In this document: positions 1 through 12,756 of the stretch, one piece after another | Layout: each line of letters opens with the position of its first letter | Position numbering within the stretch: position 1 is the stretch's first letter | Assembly: GCA_010909165.1 (NCBI GenBank) | Contig: MU008210.1 | Span: 186,001-250,000 of the forward strand | Length of the DNA: 64,000 nucleotides | Direction of reading: 5' to 3' | Source: Anthoceros angustus | Taxonomy: Eukaryota; Plantae; Anthocerotophyta | Notes under the pieces: model-generated | Databases searched by the model: none | What the model saw: only the letters and a program-made list of their open reading frames with translations | What the model was told of the DNA's origin: nothing | Program-made: the position numbers and the translations under genes

Positions 1-700
1 AATTAGTGTAGGCCCATTGGCGGCCATACACCCATCTAGTTGGATGTTCTCCTCCTCGCCTTGCGAAATCACTAAATCCGGGGTTGGCTGCAAAGCAAGT
101 GAATTGGGGCATCAAGCTCACCTCCTCACCGCCCCTGCTGCTTTTTTCCTTTCCCTCGCGAGGAGAGCCTTTGCGGCTCCTTCCCTTGCCTTTTCCTCCT
201 CGAGGCATGGTGGCGTCTTCCTTTCAAGTGCTTTAAAGGAAGGAATTACTTCCCAATTTCGGTGCTCCCAAACTTCTCTTCAAACACTCCTTGGGGTAGC
301 AACCCTTCACTGAGCACACGTTAGCCACAGCCCAAGTCTTTTTCTTGCGCTTTCCTCCCGTGTCCTTCTTCAGGTGAGCTTCCGCGATTTTCTCGCTCTT
401 CCCTTCAATTCTTGACCCACCACTTGTTGCTTCCTTGGCTCGCTCACACTTCCTCTCCGTGGCCAGCGCGTGGAGTTCTCTCCTTTTCGCGGCCTCCTTT
501 TCCTTCCTCTCCGCCTCCTGGTTGGTTTCTCCTTCGTGGCGCCTTCTTCCTCTCGGCTTGCTCGTGGCGATGGCGCCTCTCTTCTCGCGGCGATGGCGAT
601 CTTCCTTCCTTTTGCGTTCGCTCCAGCTGACTCGCTCTTGTTCTTGGTGAAGAGCGCCCGCACTTTGCCCTTTGGATGTGCCACTGGCGGCACACAACCC
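1..700 (-). pseudogene. 5' part of the accessory (post-pol) ORF of an Athila-like Ty3/gypsy element, copy 1; K/R/E-rich N-terminus
   Basis: Colinear with 15680-15812 plus 18040-18670 and with 36250-36990 (shared anchors gtaggcccatt...tacacccatc and aaccctagattggg). Lies downstream of integrase on the same strand; frameshifted. Confidence 0.7.
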
Positions 701-1439
701 TAGATTGGGTTCATCATTCCAAAATCCTAATTCTATCTAAACTACCTATTTTCCTATCACTGCTATCCCTAATTAATCGCTTTCTAATTACTATATATTT
801 ATTCCCTATTGGTGAGCATATATAGTGGATATCCCCTCTATTCTAAATTTCCTTTTGCGAGATTGTCGACCTACGGTCGCGGCTTACAGCGATGGTCTGC
901 TCCTTCTCTACGGCGTGTGTGGCGACCTACGGCGGTGATGCCGACCTACCAACCTTGGTGCCCTCACGCCTGGAAAGTCGTTTGACCCGTTCTTCTTCGG
1001 GATATCCTCTTCGCCTTCCTAACAATATTCGACTCTCAAGATTCTCGGAAATTTCTGGCATGCCTCTTCAATCGTTCTTAGCCAAAAATCACTTCGTCTT
1101 TTGGCTCTTTTGGGCTGGTTGCCCAAACTTTTCGTTCCACATACTCCCCACCTCACTGTTTGCGTCCTCGCAAACAGCAGTACTACTCGGTGAAGGTACT
1201 GACCTTCCACCCATTACTCTGGTCGGATAATTCTCCCCAATACTCGAGTTGCAGATCCATTCTCGTATCTGCGACCACCTCGTAGGTCCCATCCATCTTA
1301 GCCTAAGCTTCCTGGAAAGTCTAGGTATACTATCATATAGAAGAACCAAATCCCGTCCACGATAGCCTCTTGCTTCCTCAACCTCCCATCATGCGTCCTT
1401 TTACGAGTTCCACAGATCCATGGGTTTCTTCTAAAGCAT

Positions 1440-3540
1440 CCTCCCTCGTTCTTCGCTCTATGAGGATTCTAGTCTAACTAGCTATCCTCTCTGGTCATCG
1501 TTCATCCTCCATGATTACAGGTGGGTACTTCAAATTCCACGGGCATCACGGTGACATGCCATCGTTAGATAATAAGGGTCTTCTTGGTGGTTACCTTCTC
1601 CATGATCCTGTAAGCCCTGCGAATGCAACAGCATCCCAATCATACATGTGTGTTTACCTTGGTGAGGATTGTGCACAACAACCCATTTCTTCTCCGTCAA
1701 TCCATTTGGGGTTGTGTAGTCTTCTTAGAATGTTGAAATAGGTGGTTAGGGACTCAATGACAGAGTTGAGGAAATGCGTCCCCCGGTCACTAACCAACTC
1801 CAAAGGACATCCGTACCTGGTTATGATATTCTCGAATAAAAACTTGGCTACTGCAGGTGCGTCGTCCTTCCTCGTCGCTTCAGCCTCCACCATCTTCGTG
1901 CAATAATCCGTAGCTACCAAAATGTACTGCTTCCTCGTCCATTGCGTTGGTGGCTTGATCGGTCCTACGAAATCGATTCCCCACTTCTCGAACGGTGCTA
2001 ATGGTAAGATGTAGGTAAGGGGCCATTGTGTCGACAACGTAGGCCGTCCAACCCTCGACGCATCACACCTCGGTGAACTCCCACATCCTTTTGCATCGTA
2101 GCCCACGAACCACGCATTCAAAATCTTCTTCTGTAGAATAGTGTCCACCTCTCTTGCATGTAGCGCCTCCGTAGTGCGGCCTCCTCCCGAGACCGTCGGA
2201 TCTTTTCGTCGTCCGGCCCAAGTTTGTACAGATGCCTTCCCAGCGGTGAGTGCGGCTTTATGGAGAAAGACCGCGCCCTTCCCGGACAACCATCGGCATG
2301 ATTCCATGCTCCGAGAATTTCGTACTTCACGCTCAACAAATACCTCGGGCATGAACGCCCCTCACGTTCTAATCTCCTCCTTCCTCGTCTCCTCCTCCTA
2401 GGACGTTCGTTAGTGGCTCCGGATGGCGTGTATCCATCTCGGCTTCCGCCGCCCATCTTGCGTTCCTCGACTGCGGTTCATGCTCTTCCCGTTAACGGCT
2501 GATTTCTCCGTCCTGTCGGCCTAACCGCGTCTGGGTCCATCTCGTGCTCCATGGCGACCTCCTCGACTTGTTGCACCTCCATGGTGATTTGGTGATTGCC
2601 CATCATAACTCTCCCTTAATTTCTTCAAACTTTCATGAAGCGCATCTCCTTCTTCGTTCTGGTGTGTCCACCTCCCTAGGGCCTTCTCCTCCTCGCGGCC
2701 CTGGCGCCTCTTGACCTCGCCAAGTGTGGCCTTCCTCGCTCAAAAGCGGTGCTCTCATGTTTTGCTCTTCCTTTTGCCGTGTGGCCTCACTTGCAGCCCT
2801 CATTGCTCACCCTTGAGGGCATTCAGCCTCCTCCTCGCGCCCATGCTGGCGCCTCTCCTCTCTCGGTTCCAGTTGTCCTGCTGACTTTTCTGCTAGCGCT
2901 CCCTTCTTGCTCATTTGGCCTCTCTGCTGGCAACAAGACTTGCTGATCAATTCTTAGGCCGTCTACAACATGCTCACGTCCTCCCCTTGACCCGGGCGGC
3001 AACCAACTCCTCGTCGAAATCGGTCATCGGTGGCTCTCGCTCTCCGGTCGAGAAGAAATCAACATTTGATGCTTCCACCTAGTTTCTCGTCATAGTCAAA
3101 CTCTTGCAGCGATAATACCCATCGGCAATCCTTCACGACAAATCGGCTTGTTAAGATACTTCAGCATAAAATGGTCAACATGAAGCGTCACCTTGCAAGC
3201 AAGCGGATAGTGTCTAAACTTCTTACGAGTAAATGATACCAAGACCCTCCGCTCCGTGGTTGAGTAGTTCTTTTCAAATCCGTGAGTCTACCGCATAGAA
3301 AATCGGATGATCCGTTTCTTCTCATCTTCGGCTTAGGGCGGTCCCAATGGCATAGCGGACACATCACGTATACGTGAAGCGGTTTCTCCCAATCGCGGTT
3401 GTAATGTTGGCGCGCTCACCAAGCATCCTTCCTTCTTTGAAAAGCCTCTGTCTTGCATTGGTCCATTCGAAGGTGTATCCTTCTTTGGTTGTGTCAACAA
3501 GGCTGCCTTCTTGGCGAAATCCTTGATGAACCTCTGTAAT
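1440..3540 (-). pseudogene. pol: Athila-like Ty3/gypsy pol fragment: RNase H, linker and integrase (copy 1)
   Basis: ORF 1654-2352 has the integrase core PFEKWGIDFVGPI...ILVATDYCTK...LVSDRGTHF. RNase H at 3000-3540 matches 18780-19320. Breaks at 3540 (ctgtaata|ccacgag versus ctgtaata|tcctacc at about 19325). Confidence 0.92.
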
Positions 3541-3781
3541 ACCACGAGTTTTAAATTAAAAGAATATGCAGATTAAATCAACATGTTAATCAATTATCCC
3601 AAATGTATATTAAAGAACATTGTGAATGAGTTAAAGTGAGTTTTAAATAAACTCAAAGACACGTCTAATGGGCGTAACCCTAACCAAAGCGTTGTGACCT
3701 TATTAATCTCACTTAAGCTAACCAAACGTGCCTAAATATAATCAGCATAGATATGCGAATACTCTTTAACACTCCCACTTG
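3541..3781 (-). repeat. Truncated 3' LTR and polypurine tract of copia element A
   Basis: AT-rich block ends ...ctctttAACA (3771), followed by ctcccactt (reverse complement aagtgggag|tgtt), the same PPT/LTR motif as at 24555 and 39403. No full partner LTR found. Confidence 0.6.
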
Positions 3782-3899
3782 CGATAATGATTTAAGTGTA
3801 TGCGTTCCGCGATGCCGCGCCGCTCGATCCTCGTGAGCGTTACTTCAAGCTGCGTGTTCGTCCCAAAGACATCTGCATAGTTGCGCTCCACGTTCTCCG

Positions 3900-4839
3900 G
3901 TGAGCATGATGAGTTCTGGTGGTGATGCCGCCGCTTACATAAAACTCAGTTGGTTCTTGTCTCTTGCATTGTCTGAGCTGCTGGAGCGTAGGATCTCGTG
4001 CCTTCTCTTCATCATGTCTTCTGGTTCTGATTCCGATGCTCCCAAGCACCGCCGCCGTCACAAGCGTGACGCCCTAGGAAGATTTGCGACTAAGACAACT
4101 ACCAGAAGTGATCAAAACGCTGAGACGAAGGCTTCTTGTAGCAAGCGAGCTGTCGGCAGGCCGAAGGGGACAACCAAAAAGGTCTTGGAGCGGCGCAAGG
4201 CTGAACTTGCTGCTGGTCAGCAATATATGGACACTCATGAGTCTTCTCCGCCGCCACAGACTGGATACACCCCTCTGGTCAGAGTTCTGAACCTTGATTT
4301 TGCTTACTACGAAGATGGCCCAGCACGGCGTGTACGCGAAGTTCCCAAAGCCAAGGCACAGCTTCATGAAGACTCATATTGTCACTTGTGGGTCACTGAA
4401 GCATCCTTGCTCACCTCTCTGGTATTTGGTGTGGGTCGGTCTTCTTGAGCCCGAAGATCACGTGAAGGTCGAAGTGTGTGAGAACATCCACATCCATGTG
4501 GTCGGCCGTCTGATGAAGTAGCTGCTTTGTTCTTGCTATCAAGTCCTTTTGTTGCTGTTATCTTTTGCAGGATTACTTACAATCTTCTTGTTTCTCGGTT
4601 TACATGCAGAGTCTACTCTCAGACTCAGGGAGGAGGCTAAGAAGGAAGAAAAGCTGAAAGTTGAAGAAACCCCTCTCAAGAAAAGAGTACATCCTGGCTT
4701 TCCTGGAGATCTGTCACCTGGTGGCTGTCATAACCCTTACCCAATAGAAGATGAGTCTCCTTCCGAATCCCAGTCTGGAGACGAGATAGACTTTGGATAC
4801 TCTGCTGATTTTGATGGCTATGAGTCACCGGTGTTCTAG
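3900..4839 (+). CDS. Antisense accessory ORF of copia A (frameshifted); basic/NLS-like N-terminus, GRPKG motif, hydrophobic segment, acidic tail
   Basis: ORF track 3900-4448 (MSSGSDSDAPKHRRRHKR...GRPKG), 4294-4521 and 4549-4839 tile about 940 bp between RNase H and the PPT on the strand opposite to pol. Confidence 0.5.
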
Positions 4840-4869
4840 GCTAGGTTTCTTGTTAGATTGTACTGGATG

Positions 4870-5360
4870 AGAAGGCTTGTGCCTCTCCCATACCAAGGCA
4901 GAATGTGCTTGTTGTGAGCATCTGCTTAAAGCCTTTGTAAGTAGTATGTCGCGGGTTTTCTTGAGTTGAGACATCAAGTTCAATCTTTCATACTGCTAGT
5001 CCTCGATGTAATGGTATTCCACCTCCATGTGTTTCGTTCGTGCATGGAATCTGGATTCTTAGCTAAAACCATCGAACCTTGGTTGTCGGTTTGTATTGTG
5101 GTACAAGTTGGGATCGGGATGCCTAACTCCTTAAGCGATAGCTTACACCAAACTACCTCTTCTGCTGCGATCGGTACGATACTACTTACATCGAAGAAGA
5201 GCGTAAGTGCTTTTTGCTAGAGACCGGCCTGCAATTGTAATCGGTAACGGATCTTCGATTTTACGCTATCAATATCACCTGCATAATCAGAGTCAGTAAA
5301 GACTTCCAGGTCCAATGCTTTTCCTTCTTGATACTTGTATGTGATACCTAATCTGGGTGT
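4870..5360 (-). pseudogene. pol: Copia A RNase H
   Basis: Manual translation gives TPRLGITY...FTDSDYAGDIDS...TDNQGSMVLAKNP.FHARTKHMEVEYHYI...NP.DIL.TKAL. Confidence 0.9.
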
Positions 5361-5857
5361 GACGTGAAACTGATGCTAGGAACTAACTCTTAGAAGCTAG
5401 GGCTTAGCAAGTAGGTTTTGTTAGCTTAGTTTAATCAGTTGGTACTGATAATTACTAAAATGCCCTTAAACAGGAAAGTCGGAAATAACCCATAAAAATG
5501 GCCAAGCTTGGGCGGTCTCCCTCTCACACACGTGGGAGAAAGCGAACATGATCACTCCAATCCGGGGATGCGGCACCAAGTGTGGTGCCCTCACGATGCT
5601 GGCGCAAGGTGGTTGCAAAGGCGGTTGAGCACTGAAGACAAGGCGGCGGTACATGGATTGTCGAAGTCCCTAGGAGGCGAACACACGCAATTTTGTTGTT
5701 GTCGAATTTCTATGTAATGCAAAGACCGTGTGTATGCGCTGCTTTGTGTGGCAATGTGTGTAATGTCACGTGTTCGGGACTTATCAGCTCTAGGCAGCCC
5801 GTGTAGGGCAGCCCTTTACAGCAGGAAGTGAGCATCGGCACATGTGGTGCATGTCTG
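5361..5857 (+). repeat. Terminal repeat A1 (about 500 bp)
   Basis: Colinear with 13233-13714 from gatgctag(g)aactaactcttagaagc to tggtgcatgtctg. Confidence 0.92.
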
Positions 5858-6849
5858 CCGACAAGCTGAAGCATTCAACTTGATTCTGTCTTGGCACAGG
5901 ACAGAGTCTGCACCCTACGGCTCTGCGGTTTGACCCAGCTTATGGGCTTGACGTGGTGTGCATTTTGCTAGGGTTTCGTGCATGGTCGATTCTGCAGGAC
6001 TTGTTGGGTTTTACGGCTCAAGGGTGCTGGGCGGGTGCGGGATTTTCCAGGCCAGCTGTGTGCCCTGCGTCGCACAACTCAAGGCCCTCTCATAATTTTT
6101 GAGTCCTCCCATGTCTCAACGCAGCAAGTTTCCACGGCCGTCCAGAGCTCATAGCGATCGCCACACGAGTCGGCTGCTTTCAATTTGCATACCATCTTGT
6201 TTGCCTCGTTGAGACGAATCCGTTGGTATCATTTTTGTCTACTTTCGAGTGAAACAGGGACTGAATGCCTGGAGAAGTTGATCACTAAGGGTTTTAGTTG
6301 GGGAATTTGGCTATGTGCGCCAACACTTCTCTTCTGCGGGTAGGTCTGGGTCTTGTACAGCACGAGCACGAGTGAGTCGCTGACAGGCTGAGGATTCTCG
6401 CGTGTGAGTGAGGCATCCAAAAAGCTTGAGGTCGAGGGAGGATCCGAGTTGCGGCATTGGCGTGTTCGGTGTTTGTGTTTCGATTAAGGTTTTCCTCCGG
6501 TGACAATTGATGCTGGCTTCCTTGACTCACGCGTCTTGGGGCATGCCACCGGTGAAGAGGGAGATAGCCCAGTCTGCTTGCGAGGGACGTGCCGTGGTTT
6601 TCGTGAGAAGGAGAAGGGCACCACGGCGTCGATTTGTCCTTAGAGGACCTACCAGCAGCAGAGCCCGGACAAGGATCCTTTGCACCGTTAGGGTTATGGT
6701 CCCCACTTACACCTTGTGCGGTGACTGATAAGGAGGAGCAGGGGGCAGTGGGGTGGGAGTCAGAGGCACTGCGGAGGGCTGGGATTAGGCCTTTCCTCGT
6801 GGCTCGGGTCCGCATTTATCACGAAGACCAGGCAAGAGGACCTGCGTGA

Positions 6850-7800
6850 TTCGACACGATGGAAGGAGGGCCAAATGGCGGTGAGAAATTCTCGGGCGAA
6901 CACAATCGTTGAGGGATTTTAGGCTGCGAGTCAATGAGGCAATTAGTAGGGTCAAGTTCAAACATGGGCGATAACCACCTCTACATGTTCGAACAATATC
7001 ATGGTCGATGAGGCCTCGGATTTGTATGAAGCCCACCAAGCGGAGCTGACCTCAACTACGGCCGTCTCCAATCCATTATTCCAAGGGCACTGCAGATGGC
7101 CTACAATGCCAAGTGGCGGTGAAGCCACCACCAGCCATATCTGCAGTCGCCGCCGCCAGTGTTGCCACCCACCGTGATGCTCCTCTCAGCTCAGAGAGGA
7201 CAACACCACGCATTGATGAATTCATACACACCCCAAATATGCCAACCCTGGAAGAGTTCATGAAGATCCTCGAGAAGGCTTTTCCACTCAAGACTCCCGA
7301 GAAGATTGCGTGGCAAGCTTTGCGCCGGAAAGGGAGACAGTCGGATGTGTTTGTAGGCTGCAAAAGCTGCGAGATGGGACCGCATGCTCACGACCAAGAA
7401 GCGTGGAGAAATTCCTCACACCTTGAGGGTGATCACCGTTTCATTTCCATGTTGTCCTTGTGGATAAGTATGGCGATGCCTATACTTTGCAGCAGTACAT
7501 GAGGAAGCGGAGAAGAAAGAGATTGCTTACTCCGTCTTCTCCTCCAAGCATTCCAAGGCCTTCCACCATTATCAAGGCATGTTTTCAAGCAAGGGTCCGC
7601 CTCGGGGAACTTCTTCAAGGACTACACCAGCTAAGCCAGCCAAGGCGAGCAACAGTAATGACGGCCACTGTCACCATGTGCAACCATTGTGGCGATCTGA
7701 GCACATCTCACCGAATTGCAAGTGCACCAAGGCCTCTTTGCACTCATTGTCAAAAGAATGGTCATGTGAGCACCGTGCTTTCAACTTCACCCGAGAGGAG
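6850..7800 (+). pseudogene. gag: Gag of the DNMT-gypsy element, with two zinc knuckles
   Basis: EKFSGE near 6885; TLEEFMKILEKAFPLKTPEKIAWQAL (Retrotrans_gag-like); CNHCGDLEHISPNC and CTHCQKNGHV across frameshifts. Confidence 0.75.
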
Positions 7801-8599
7801 ATACCTCGGCATCGTGGAGATGCTACGGCTAGCATCAGGAGCAACTCCTGCACGGGGACTCTAAGAGCAAGCAACGAGGAGAAAGCGAAGCCAAGGTTGC
7901 GACAACGCGACAAGATGACGTCACGGAGGCCACGGTGGGCTTGGCAAGTGGGCACGCTTACAACCAGCCTCGGTGGTGGTGGAGCTAAGCTGCGGTGGGC
8001 TGCGGGTTCTGATGAAACAATGAGAAGATTATGGACACCCACATGAGGTGTTGACAGTGATTCTGTTGCCTCGTGACAAGCTAAGGGAAGATGTGCCACT
8101 ACATGGGTTGGGCATGCCATTAATCTTGCTTGGCTCGGACATCGTGTTAGCAAATGCAGGCCCATCACCGGGCGGCGAGCAAGCAATGCCTCAATCCTTT
8201 ATGCCCTTGCCACAGGCTCCATCCCATTACGGGGATACATCTTCACTCCGGGTGACAGAGCCAATGCAGAGAGATGAGGCAGCCCCCTTTAGGGCAATTG
8301 TACATGATGCCCCTTTGGTCACACATGAGCGGCGCGACGGTTGTTGCAGCACCATTAATGTCCTTGCGGGACATGGGCATGACCGAGGCGTCTCCGGCAA
8401 TGCTGCGGAAGCAGTTAGTTGCTCATGTCGGAGATTTGGTAGTCGTCGGGGACTTGTTCCTTTCCCGGATCACCGTTAGTAAATTCAGTGAGCACGGTGG
8501 GCCTTCCATTGCAAATGACCGCATGTGAATTTCCAGTTCTGGAGCATCCACGCATCCGACCAACAGTGCGAATGCAGTGAGTAACGCAGTGGTAGACAA

Positions 8600-8950
8600 C
8601 CGAGAGGACGGGTCACCTCAGTGCACCTGTGGTGGATCGGTCGCGGTCAATAAATAGTCGGCGACGGCTTGGTTTGCGAGAAGCACTTGCAAATCCCATG
8701 GAACATCCGCAGACCTCGGGGGAGCCTGGCGAGACTTGAGCTGTGCACATCACATTGAATCCAGCTCATCGGATGCCATGACCATGTCTCTGCGTGCTGA
8801 CCACGGCCACAAACTACGCGCTGAGTTTCTTTTCCCGGCGAGGTGGATGGATAATTGACGGGCCTATCGGCCAGCGGGGAGGCGGCGTTTGCATATTCCC
8901 TTGACTTGCAGCGGTGGCCCGAAGCCACGTTAGTGGTGTGCCATGCTAGC
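8600..8950 (+). pseudogene. Probable aspartic protease (very degenerate)
   Basis: VD.G-like site near 8632 and a VLTTATNY...FLFP segment at the position expected for PR; needs several frameshifts. Confidence 0.45.
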
Positions 8951-9199
8951 AAGGAGCCCGTGCAATCTTGTGAAGCTAGTCCAAGATGCTAACCGAGCCC
9001 GATGCACAATCTTGAAGATGACGCCATTCCCAGTCCATGGATCTCAGCTTGCAACATGCACAACCGATCATCCAGCGAGCTCACGCGGCTGCGGCATAGA
9101 AAAGTGAGTGATGCACTTGTTGATTCAGTGTTAACCAGCCCCAAAGATCGAAAGTCTTTGGATCACAATGTGATTACATGGGCGCCATCGTTCGGACGG

Positions 9200-9990
9200 C
9201 GGTAGAACTCTTTGGCGGGATCATCGGAGGCTCTCTTGATGAGATCGTGTGATCATAATGATTGTGACAATGATGTCAGCCAGTTCGCAGTTCAGAGGGC
9301 TGCATGAGCGTTTTCCACAAAGCGCCTTGGAGGCCTATCACGGTGCTTTCTACCGCAGGATGTACATTCAAGAAGGCCACATTCGTGCCTTGGGAAATGT
9401 GGATATGGTGATTCGTGGGAATGCTGTTCTCCCAAGCCGGGCATGGTGGTCTACAAGATGCGCCTGTTTCGGGGATCTACATCAGTCCTCACATGGGCTC
9501 AAGAATACAACCCGTGTGCTTACCTCCTTGAGAATACACCGCGCAATTTGTGAGAGCACATGTACAGACATGGCGTGGTTCAATTATCTTGGGCCTCCCA
9601 TCCTGTTAGATGCGGCCCTGTGGGCGCTTTGCTCACCGCTGAATTCGACCAACTTGGTCCCCCGATTGAGACCAGCTGCGTGGCGAGGACCCGTCCTTGC
9701 GGCTTCAATCGGTGCTGGAGGATCATCACCAGCCCGCTTGTTACCGCCCGATGAGCGTGCGCCTTGGTTCAAAACCAACACACTCGGCAGACTACGCCGT
9801 TAGCTTTCGAGTTCGCTTACGGTGAGGGACAGGCTGCTGTTGAACACCAACACGCAGCGGGGAACCCACGTCGAGCGAACGCATTATGGGCTTTCACCCC
9901 ATTCTTCTGCCCTACTACGGTTACACCACTCGGTAAGCGTGCTAGGCGAGCCATGGATGTTCACGCACTCACGTGGTTAGTGAGTCTGCA
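9200..9990 (+). pseudogene. C5 cytosine DNA methyltransferase domain inside pol
   Basis: Motifs occur in canonical order: I VELFGGI (9202-9222); LPQDV..IQEGHIRALGNVDMVI; IV WEC..FSQAG (9416-9441); VI YLLENTP (about 9521-9541); VIII LLDAA..AHR...TNL (9603-9656); IX EP..ER.RIMGFHP (9862-9900); X VLG.AMDVHALTWLV (9939-9984). Confidence 0.88.
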
Positions 9991-10289
9991 GCTTTTCGCT
10001 CCACGCTCGCTTGGCGGCATCATGGTACGAGCCTCTTGGCGGCCATGTGTCCAAAGCGGTTCATCTCCCTTTTCCGGATATGCATACATGCCTTTGGCGG
10101 ATGGTGGGGGTGGCGTCCTAGTGCTTTTCCGCCTCACCGGCCGGGAGCGTTAGATGATCCAGTCCGCAAAGCCTAAGCTAAATCGAGACTTTCCGTGGCG
10201 CATGGGGATGGGAGCGGATGGGCGTAAGACACGCATCCACACTCTCCGCTCAAGTATCGGGATCGCTTTACCATGAAGGACCTCAAGCG

Positions 10290-12750
10290 CGCAATGTGGT
10301 ATTTGGATCAACGACGGTGAGCCCATCTACGCCGCACGTTGAGCAAGACGGAGTGGGAGATGGTCGATGCTAGGTGTCGTGAGCTTCTTGAAGCGCTTAT
10401 CCGGCTATCCGGCGATTATCGCGACATCATCGCCAAGAAGGACGCCAAGGGTCATGGGAGAAACGGATGTGTGGGGACTATCGTCCATCAATGTCACCGC
10501 AGGATCGGTACCCAATGCCGACCGGAGAGATATTTGTGACATTGGGCGCCTGCCTTCTTCTCTACTTTGGACCTTCGGGTTTTAACGATTCCGTTGCGTA
10601 AGAGGACATCAAGAAGACCCGCTTCACGTCCCAAGCGTGGAATGGCTGGTGATGCCATTCGGTTCAAGAACGCACCATCAGCGGGTGATGGATCCGGTTT
10701 TGGATGTGCCAACTTGTTGTGCTATATCGACGACGTCGGTTCACGACGCCTTTGAGGATCACCGCACACTTAGAGGAGCTGTTCGTAGGCTAAGGAAGGC
10801 GAGCTCACATGTCACCCGTCCAAATGTGAATTTGGAATGAACACGTGGCATATTTAGGTCACAATCGTGCCTAAGTGATGCCCCACTCAGCCAAGGTACA
10901 GCTATCCTGCAGTGAAGGAGCCCACCAACGTGTCGACCTTGCGTGCCTTTCTTGGGTTATGCAACTATTAGGTTTACATTAATTTCAGCCGAATTGCGAA
11001 ACCCTTGAATGACATGTTGAGGAAAGACGTGGAATGGGCATGACGAGTTGGCGCAGCAAGCTTTTGACATGTTGAAGGAGCAATTGACCAGGTCACCGGT
11101 GGCTAGGCATTTTAGCAAGCCATTTGTGTTACACCGATTGGGTATCGGGACTTGGGGCGGTGCTTGCACAAGAGGATGAGCAGGGGGCGCGTGATCGCTT
11201 ATGCCTCGAGGAGTAATAACCGAGCGGAGGCCAGTCTACTATGAGGGGAGTGCCTCGCTGTTTGGGCCGTTGCCACTTCCGCCCATATTTGTATGGTCGA
11301 TTTAAGCTAGTGATCGATCATCGCCATTGAAATGGCTGATGACTAACACAAAATTGAGTGGGAAGTCGGCTCACCGGGCCATGATACTTCAAGATTATGA
11401 CTTCCTTGTGGAGCCAGCCGAGTGACACACCAAAATGCGTACATGCTATCTAGAAATCCCGGACGTGCAGTGATGTCACCGAGGCTAGCGGGACCATGAG
11501 GAGGAGATTGGTGCGATGTCATGCGGCGATTCTGCCCTTGTTGCCATGACCCGCCTTGGACAGTTTGTGTTCTTTATTGACCTAATGCAAAGGACATTTG
11601 GGAAGATGTGAATGCTCTTGATTTGCGGACGGTATGGACGAGGCCTGGACCCACCGAAAAGAACAGTGCGTGCAGCACATAATTGGCGTGATGGCTACAT
11701 GATTCGCAAGCGGGCAATGGTGTCGAGCGCTTGGTGCCACCACCGTGATAGGGTCGACTGTCGTGTGTGCACGACATGGTCACTTTGGTGTGAAGCGGAC
11801 TTACACCGCTCACACCTCATTTTTTATTGGTATGGGATGCACAACCGGTGCGAGCAGTGGTCGTGAGCCTTGTGACCGAGTCAAGGCCTCCTTTACTATG
11901 CAAGACCGGTTCTCCACCCTCCCCATCATGGGCTTGTTCTTTCACGGTCCCGCGACCTCATTGGAGAATTGACTAGGACGGCAGGCAATGTCTACATACT
12001 TGTCATGATGGAGCATTTCTCCAAATGGGTGGAGGTTGTGGCTCTATCGATAAGTCCTCGAAGCACGCCCTGCATTTTTGCACACGTGCTTAGCCGCCAG
12101 TAGTGCCGAGTGCGACCCGTGGCTCGAGTTTAGAGGAATTTCGTGACCTTTAGATGTTGCGCTTATCGATCACAAAGGCGGACTAGCAGGACCATCCTCG
12201 GGATGGCTGGTGAAAGGATGGTCCGCACCATCAAAAAGTGAAAGTTATGCTTGCAGCGTGGAAAGGAGGATTGGGACCTCATGCGCCCTACATCGCTATG
12301 GGCTACCGCATGAGTAAACATGCGCCTTGGCACACTTCTCCCTTACTTCTTGCTTTTGGTCGTGGCCCGGTCCGAGTACAATAGCTAAGAAGATGCAGGA
12401 GGTGATGATCCCGTCACATGGGCTCGAGTGATTGGGGAGCGGGCACGGCTATTTCGGTTATGCCAATGGCTATGGCCAACCTCAACATAGCTCAAGACCG
12501 GATTCCTTACGGTATGACCGCATGGGTCATTCAAAGTCAAGAAATTCCAGTTGGGGATTTCACTTGCAAAGGCAACTGTGGACACCTTGACATCGCTAGC
12601 AGCAGACATGTGCCGAGGGTGCGAGAAGTTAGGCCCAATGGAGTCGATTTTGCAGGCTCGATGGTAGGACTATTGCACCATACCAAGAACGTGCGCCCGC
12701 CACTTACCTAATTTGGACCCCGGTGATAACAACAGCCGGATTCCACGCAC
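10290..12750 (+). pseudogene. pol: Ty3/gypsy RT, RNase H and DDE integrase
   Basis: RT: LSKTEWEMVDARCRELL, RMCGDYR, QDRYPMP, EWLVMPFG.KNAP, CYIDDV. RNase H: GLGAVLAQ, VIAYASR. Integrase: GHFGVKRTY, YILVMMEHFSKWVEV, YIAMGYRMSKH, PYFLLFGR. Confidence 0.95.
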
Positions 12751-12756
12751 TACCCG

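Noticed and set aside
6224-6231. TGGTATCA as a Met-tRNA PBS for the DNMT element
   Set aside because: Only 8 nt match, it is not preceded by a CA-ended LTR, and it lies about 370 bp past the end of repeat A.
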